Assembly (NCBI RefSeq): GCF_008831285.2
Contig: NC_045138.2
Span: 39,990,001-40,054,000 of the forward strand
Direction: 5' to 3'
Origin: Nymphaea colorata
Taxonomy: Eukaryota
DNA length: 64,000 nucleotides
The notes below the pieces were generated by a model. That model searched no databases. It saw only the letters and a program-made list of their open reading frames with translations, and was not told where the DNA came from. Positions 56,205 to 64,000 of the stretch are shown here, piece after piece. The translations under genes and the position numbers were made by a program. The stretch's first letter is position 1. Every line of letters begins with the position of its first letter.

Positions 56205-59200
56205 ATGGCCTCGGGCGCGTTGATCGGCGGAGACGACAATAGCAACAAAAACAACAACAACACCGTAACCAACAACAACAACAACGGAGGCGGCGGAAAC
56301 AACGGCAGTAGCAGGCACAGATGGGGAGAGAGCAAGGTCTACATGAGGAAAGGCAGCAGCAAGTCGCTCAAGGCCGCGCCCTCCCAGACCCTCACGGAAG
56401 AGGCGAACTCTTCCCTCCACGCCGGTAGGTTCGACGCCGCCTCCGACGACTCCTCCAGCCTGAGCCGAAAGCCCGCACCCATGAACCGTGAGCCCACCCC
56501 CAACGGTGTCTCCCGCTCCACCACCACAGGAGGCGGCGGAGCCGGCGGCAGCAGTAGCGGAGGGTTTCTTCGGTCCGAGAACCGGGTCACCATCAACCTG
56601 ACGTCGAAGTCGAAGCAGGAGATGCGGGAGCTCCGCCGGAAGCTCACCTCTGAGCTGGAGCAGGTCCGCAGCTTGTTCAATCGACTCGAATCTCGGGAGC
56701 TGCAGCTGCGGGGTTACTCTGCTGGTGCAGCTGTTGATAATTCTGGCTACAGTCCGCCTCAGGTGTCCGGGAATGGCGTCAAGAAGACGAACTCGGAGGT
56801 GGCATCCATCGGCGGGGCGCCCCTGCGTCAGCTGAGCATTCCAGTTGTCGAGAACAGCCAGGTTGGGAGCGACCTCGTGGAGAAGGAGAAACGGACGCCC
56901 AAGGCAAACCAGTATTACCGGAACTCTGATTTCGTTCTCGGGAAGGACAAGTTCCCACCACCGGAGAGCAGCAGTAAGAAGGCCAAGGCCAATGGGAGCG
57001 TGGGTTCGAGGCAGCAGGACTACCCGGTTGACAAGGGCACGAGTCAGGCATTCAAACATTGCAGCGCAGTTCTTGCCAAATTGATGAAGCACAAGCACTC
57101 CTGGGTGTTCAATACACCCGTCGATGTGAAGGGACTCGGTCTCCATGATTATTACTCCATTATCAAGCACCCTATGGATCTGGGCACCGTGAAATCGAGG
57201 CTGAACAGCAACTGGTACTCTTCCCCTACAGAATTTGCAGAGGACGTGAGGTTGACGTTCCGGAACGCCATGACATATAATCCCAAGGGGCATGATGTTC
57301 ATTTCATGGCAGAGCAGCTATTGAAGATATTTGAGGATCGTTGGCGGATACTCGAGGCAGAATTGGTGGACGACAGGTTGAATTCTAGGTTTGCAGAAGT
57401 GGAGCCAGATGGTGTTTACAGCCAAGTGACGAAAAGGGGGCCTCCTGCTCTTGCTGCTGCTCCTCCTCCTCCCGAGCCAAGGAAGGTACTGGACAGGTCT
57501 GAGTCAACCACTGTCCCTTCGGAGCCCAAGTCCAAGCCTGGAAATGCTCCTAGTGTTAGGACTCCTGCACCAAAGAAGCCTAAGGCGAAGGATCCCCATA
57601 AACGGGACATGACATATGAAGAAAAGCAGAAATTAAGTATGAATCTTCAGAACTTGCCCTCAGAGAAGCTGGACAATATCGTGCAGATTATCAAAAAAAG
57701 AAATTCTTCTCTATGTCAACATGACGATGAAATTGAAGTGGATATAGATAGTGTAGACGCAGAAACCTTGTGGGAGCTTGACAGGTTTGTAACTAACTAT
57801 AAGAAAAGTTTGAGCAAGAACCGGAAGAAAGCTGAGCTTGCTAACCAAGCTAGAGCGGTGTCCGAACACATGCCTGTCGAGAAGGCGAGTATCTCTGATA
57901 GATTTGGTAGATGATGTCGCTTTCACCCTTTGCTTCTCGTAATGCTATTATACCGTATTGATGATATCGCTTCAACTTTTTTCTGTGCAGGTGCAAGCCC
58001 CTCCTGTTCAAGAGACACCAACACTAAATAGTAGTAGAGGTAATTCAATCTTTTTGTGCACTTGTTTGTGACACATATCATTTTGGATAGTTGGTTTTGC
58101 TAAACCATTTGATCGCAAGTAGGTGTGGTTGCAGAGGAGAAAAATATTCCTTCTACGCCAGCTGTTGAATCTAAGAAACAGGGTGGTGATGCTAGTAGAT
58201 CCAGTAGTTCAAGCAGCTCCAGTAGTGACTCTGGATCTTCCTCCAGCGGTAACTATTATATCTCTATAAACGAATGATGTACCTTTTCTTAGGATAGATG
58301 TTGACCGTGTTTTACATGCATTGAAATCTTAAAAACCTACACAATTGTTGACATTGTTGAACGCCTCATTAATGGGTCATAATTAGATATTACTGGAACC
58401 AGGAAAAGTTTTTACACAGTTTGACAATCTGGTGCAGAAGTTGGACTAAATTTTTTGTTTTTTATGGATTATTTAGTGATTATCAGTACTTTTTTTGGTT
58501 AGCCATGAAAGTCAAACTGGATTCATGTGGTTGAACTGATGATGTCTGTTTGGTTTATGCCATCTGCTGAAAGGCAATGAGGATGATTATCACGGTTCAC
58601 AAAGTATTTATATGCTATCTGACTGAGTACCTGATCTGTTATCGCCTCCACCTGTATCCAGGAAAAAAACTGTCGCGTAAAAAAATGAGTTGTACACTGT
58701 TCATGACATGCAAATAGTAGATCTTCCTTTTGGCCAATAGAATAGCGAAGCACTGTGCAGATGCATGTAGTTGTTAAATTGGCGAAAGAAAGCATTTGTC
58801 TTTACATATCGTAAATCTGGATGTCCATGGGTGAAGTGTCAAACAGCAATCTAAACCATTAGTATGATAATGCATATTGAGTTTTGGGATTCGGAAAAGA
58901 AATAATTTGTTTGGGTATTATTCCCCTCATGTTTGATCCATAAGTACTTGGCTGGGCTCTCCATGCCTGGTCAGTGTTTCTGATTGGTCTATAATAATTA
59001 TGAGATTATCACAGGCTGGACTTGCTCTGACCCATTTATACACCTAGAGGAAATGAAGGTCAATTAAACCTGTTGTTTTCGTGTGCATTCGAAATTTCAT
59101 ATCTCCACTATTACCTATCATTAGAAGCACCTGATTCTCCTTTTGACAGAAATAGAGATGGTACAATCTAGCTTGTGTGTGATGTTTTCATGTACACTTC

Positions 59201-59362
59201 ATCTTCACATATTTTTGGTGTTTGTGGATATATATATATATATATATATATTGATTTGCTTGTGCAAGTAAATAATTTTATTTAATTTGACTTTTGACAG
59301 ATTCAGACAGTGAAAGTTCCTCTGCTTTTGGTTCAGATGCAGCACACTCACCTCGGACATGA
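56205..59362 (+). CDS. GTE4: Bromodomain and extra-terminal (BET/GTE) protein, GTE4-like
   Basis: Exons 56205-57884 (GC donor), 57991-58039, 58123-58248, 59301-59362 (TGA). Motifs: EKEKRTPKANQYY, bromodomain LMKHKHSWVFNTPVD...IIKHPMDLGTVK...FRNAMTYNP, ET domain RDMTYEEKQKLS...EIEVDID...TLWELDRFV, Ser-rich tail SSSSSSSSSDSGSSSSDSDSESS. Paralog assignment within GTE3/4/5 is not certain. Confidence 0.9.
59229..59251. repeat. (TA)n microsatellite in GTE intron 3
   Basis: Direct dinucleotide run. Confidence 0.9.
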
Positions 59363-62271
59363 TAAAATCTATGGGGATCAGGTAAAAGCGTATTCTTTAT
59401 GCACGATATAGGGGAATCTATATTTCAATTATGGTCTTCATCTCTGCATGCTTGTTAAGGTGGCAGTGTGTGTCCATGCTTGAAACTTCATCTTTGTTCT
59501 GCAGTTGCATAGATGCAGATGTCGACTGTGCAAATCATGTGTGTTGTGCAACCTGGGAAAAGAAAAGTGGAAATGGCTTATGTATTCCTGTGAAATAGCT
59601 TTTAAATGAGCCCTTACATGTGTCTTAACTTTATCCAAATGGATCAAACCTTGTCATGGCAATGAGCAATAGAGTCTAGGTGCTGAAGGCTCAATGTTTG
59701 GTTAACCTGGAAATCAGACAAGAATGAAGAAATGTGAGCAATTACACATGTAACTTTTAACATGGAAGTTTTGTTGAATCATTGCTCTATCAAGGGCTAT
59801 TGAATTGCACATAGCTGTGAGAAATTAATCCTTTAGGTGGGCTTGGGTTTTACGCCACCAACAATTACCAAGAAATTCTTCCTGATGACCTGGTTTCCTT
59901 GCATTTTTCTTTTTCAAACTGGAAAAAGAAAAGAGAAATTAACCCTTTAGCTGATACAAGGTAAGATGGATATGGTCATTCCTTTGTGGCATCTTGACTC
60001 TTTTTTTGGGCTTGCATGGCCTCAGATAGGAACCTCTTTAATGTGTTATATATATATGTCCATGTCTCTAGCCGTTGGAACTAGTCCACTTCTAGTCAAA
60101 AGGCTACAATCTAAAGGTTAAAAATGGAAAAGAAGAAAAATACAAAATGGAAAAAGTACAAAAAGAAATAGAAAATTACATATGCAACCTAGATACCCTA
60201 GAATATATATATATATGTATATATAAGACATATATTAGCATACTAACATATGTAATACACATACATATACATATAGATAGGAATACACACATTCTACCAC
60301 ACGTTGCCCTCGTCTTCTGTTATTGAGAGTCTTAGTTATGTAATTACCGATGGTGTTGATTTCATGAAAAAAACATTATGTTTCACAGCAACCTTCGCTT
60401 ATTTAAATGAAAAATTAAGGGTAAAGAATAGCCTTCTTTTGGTTATGTAACTTATGCTAAACTCATTTTGGTCACAAAATTATTTTCTGCTTCTTTTTAT
60501 TATGTAAGATTGTGTACGTGTCTATCTATGATACTTCTCTTAACTAAGTAATTTTAAGATTATTTATGATAGAAAACAAGAGAAGTTGATGAAGTAAATC
60601 GAGAAAGTTGTGTAGTTAAAAAGCTGTTTCTTTCTTGCACGACGATCTAGTCAAAAAATCCAAATGCACTAATGACATCAAACTTCTCATGTTTGGGACT
60701 TTTTGCATGTTTATATGTCTAGTATATTGTCCTTTATGTTGAAAGTTCTTTGATTTGAAACTCCTTGTGGCTTGCATATTGTTGAGCATTTGAGAATGCA
60801 TTTGCATCTCAGTCCTTTAAAACACCGAAAAAGTGTGTTTGAAAAATAAAGACTGAAAGAGGACTTTAATGTCTTTTGAGTTGTGACATAAAAAACTTAA
60901 AATACTAGAGAAAAAGTAGGATCCTAGACGTTATTATTTTTTGTATGCTACATAAGCAATTAAAGTTCAATAATGCAGACTAAATGAAATTTGGTGTATA
61001 TAAATACTTTATAGCAAGTTAGTCTTGTACTTGGAGAAAAATTTAGTTAATAATTGAACAATTTTTGGGATACTTTTCTTGGTGTATTATTCTTTTGGCT
61101 TATTTATAAATTCTTTAATTAAGAAAAGTTTGTAAGGTAGATGGCTGCTTTTTCATATATCATGATGACATAAATGTTAACTAATTATTTTTTTCACTTA
61201 ATATTATATTTAATGTGAAACGGATAACTATTAGGGTCTTTCTTTTAGTTAGTGAAATGTGATTCTGGAATTTAATTTTTTAAAAGTGTAGAAGTTTGTG
61301 GTGACTATAAAGTTATACACTACAGTATACAGTTTAAAAATAATTTATGCTATTTTTGCAATGTTATTTTTAATTTTCAAATTAGAATGAAAAATTTGGT
61401 TAATTTTACTGTAATTTTATTATATCTTACTTTTTTAAGTGCAGGTCGTTAGGGTGGGGCTTAACTCTTTGGAGTAGAGGTTTAAGTCTCTCTAGGTCAG
61501 TGGTACCTTTTTGCCTTCCAATAAGACTTATGCTATGAGGCGAGTAAACTCATACGGCGTGAATAATCTAAAAAATTGCAGCCTGGAAAGTAGCCACTTT
61601 TCTTCCTTATTAATTGGCTGCCTAGCCAACAGAAAGACTATCTGGAGGTGGCAAGCATACCTGAAGATTTTCTGCAAAAAACTGTGTCTGAAATATGTAT
61701 GCAATTAAATATCCATGCAAAATATATTATTGGTAGAATGAAGTTGTTACATATACCTAGTGAATAAGCACTGCTTTTCTTAGCTGTAATATCTGTTAAA
61801 ACTTAAAACGTAACTCATGTTGAGCAAAATCCAGTCCTGTTTGCAGAAAATAGTTTTCTTGAAATCTTTGGTCTCTCATTTATTTGCTGCAAGCAAATAA
61901 ACTGTAGGACTTCGTGCGAGTTCCTATTTTTTTGATGGTGTAAAATGGTACGTAAGGAACGTATACAATCCAATGAAAAGAACATGATTATTAACTGTTG
62001 TTATTATATGATTACAACGGAAATGCAAGTGTCTCTCACCTGGTTCTATTATAAAATTTAGTAGTTGATGCAATTAAGTACCGTTGACTTTGTGTGCATT
62101 TCACCTTTTCTTCTCAATCACTTTCTCGTGTCATCATACTTTGTGTGCATTTCACCGTAGATGGACAAAAAGAGGAGGTTTGCCTATTGTCCTGTCTTCC
62201 CTTGATATTTTTCGGGAAACAACTAGCAGTGTGTGATTTAGGTCTGACTGGACCTTATATATGACATGGTC

Positions 62272-62471
62272 TTAGCCATTCTTTTTCTGAAGTATTCCAC
62301 CTGAAGGATAGACCCTACCGTGTAACAGGAACCAAAAGTATTGCTCTTCATGGCCTCTCAAAAAAAGCCAGTTAGCCATTCTTTTGCTGAAGTATTCCAC
62401 CTGAAGGACAGACCCTACCGTGTAACAGGAACCAAAAGTATTGTTCTTCATGGTCTCTCAAAAAAAGCCAG
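62272..62471. repeat. 100 bp tandem duplication (2 copies)
   Basis: 62272-62371 and 62372-62471 both start TTAGCCATTCTTT and end AAAAAAAGCCAG; 4 substitutions seen. Confidence 0.95.
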
Positions 62472-62534
62472 GTGAAAAGGATTAGATATGGAATGATCCA
62501 CCTACGGCAGCAGGCTTCTACTACAATTTATGAG

Positions 62535-62698
62535 CAGTGGTGGAGCCAGAAATTTCTGGCTGAGAGGCATTATTACTACATCAAAAACATTTTATGGGCA
62601 GTCTATGTGTAAATAATGAAGTGGTCATGAAATAAGCAAATTCATATGGGCTGGTGAGGGCAATTGCCGACATCAGCCCCCATGTGGCTCGGCCACTG
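62535..62698. mobile_element. hAT-type MITE (164 bp)
   Basis: TIRs CAGTGGTGGAGCCA ... TGGCTCGGCCACTG (12/14); flanking 8-mers TTTATGAG / CTTAGGAG (6/8). Confidence 0.7.
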
Positions 62699-64000
62699 CT
62701 TAGGAGTTGCATGTATCATAATGTTTGTGACGTCTGGCATATTTTGTGAAGTTGCCTCCTCTGGCTGTTCCTATCGCCCTTTTGGTTGAGATGCAGCATG
62801 ATCAAATTTCAATAGTAGTTCCATGTGGTGGTGCTATAGTAATAACTAAATTTGTCTTTTGTAGGTAGGGGGCGGCGGTCAGAAACTGGTGAAATGCAGC
62901 GGGTTTGTCCAGATGAATTGCAGACCAGCACATTTCATTTGTATAACTATTTTCTTCATGTCAAAACAGTTTAGTTCATTGACGCTTGTAGAATGCCTTA
63001 AGCAGAAGACAGTATAAGCATTAGGAGAGCAACGGTGTTGTGTGTGTACATAAACCGTAGGTGTAGGAGCTCTTTCCAGCAGCATGGTCATCTCTCCTTT
63101 TGTGCATCTGAACCCTTTAACCGTTTCTAGTAGTGTTTCCTTTTAGGTCTGTAACGAATTTAATTTGCAGGGCTCTGTTGTATCCTCTCGCTCTCTGTCT
63201 CTGTATGTGTGTGTCTGGGTGTGTGCACTTTGAATGCCTAAATGATTTGACAGGGTAATTTACAAATCTGCTCGTCTGCTTTGCGCCTTTCTTCCTTCCC
63301 CATTTCCTTGCAGTCTACAGACAGGTTTCTTACGCGTGTTACTTATGGTGAAGTTTACCATAACAGGCTGCTTTCTTTCCGTTTTGCTCAAAGACGTCAT
63401 ATACAGTTTTTATAAAGTGAGAAGCCATAGATGGTTGCAATCATTTGCGTTTTTTTCCGCCGGAAAGGAGAAAGGAAAAGGTTTTCCCTTTATCAAACTG
63501 CTGAACTGTATGCTTGTAAAAACCTTTGTGGCCAATACGATGGTTTTTACTTGAGGGAAAGAAATCAGGTGGCCTTTAAGGCAGTGGTACTCACTAAACT
63601 TGGTTTTCATATAGATTCATGAGCATGCTGTCACCCTATTCTTGGGACGGTGATGTGTTTCAAAACGCATCGAATTTTTACAGAATGTAACTACCTAGGC
63701 TTCGTATCGAAGCACTTCGAAGGCTGGGAGAGAAGAAGCGGAACGGACGTTAGCACCTGTCCATTTCGTGCCTTGGTCTATGTTGAAGAGATTTCGATGG
63801 CTTTTGCCAACAATTGTTTTTTTCTTTAAAATTGTTCGCTGCTTCGTTCACTAGTTCGTCTACCATCCTGAGAACTAAGTGCCATAAATTATGGCCTGAA
63901 AAGAATGTAATGGAACAGGGCAGGAAGATGGTTCACATAAGGGGCTCAAGGTTCGTCTCCTGTAGCCACTGTCATTTTCTGATGCAATATTTCTGTGTGC

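Noticed and set aside
56088..57302. 404 aa antisense ORF over GTE exon 1
   Set aside because: Shadow ORF of a GC-rich coding exon with no recognisable motifs

Overview
Eukaryotic nuclear DNA from a flowering plant: spliceosomal introns, microsatellites and MITE-rich intergenic DNA. The species cannot be fixed from sequence alone. Eight intact protein-coding genes were reconstructed by reading splice sites: a tRNA isopentenyltransferase (IPT9/MiaA-like, 11 exons, +), mitochondrial malate dehydrogenase (7 exons, +), a TAXIMIN peptide precursor (2 exons, -), a DUF455 ferritin-like di-iron protein (7 exons, -), a CLE peptide precursor (-), a head-to-head pair of intronless GT4 glycosyltransferase paralogs (- and +), and a bromodomain-ET (GTE4-like) gene (+). 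Also present are several hAT-type MITEs, a ~290 bp fold-back element, a higher-order 51/60 bp GC-rich minisatellite, a 100 bp tandem duplication and a probable decayed multi-exon gene relic (35.4-40.7 kb, -). The most interesting leads are inferences: the DUF455 protein as a candidate MiaE-like partner of the nearby tRNA-IPT, possible spliced 3'UTR exons of TAXIMIN (NMD/antisense control), the divergent GT4 pair, and a GC-AG intron plus a 3'UTR intron in the GTE gene. No rRNA, tRNA or CRISPR array was seen.
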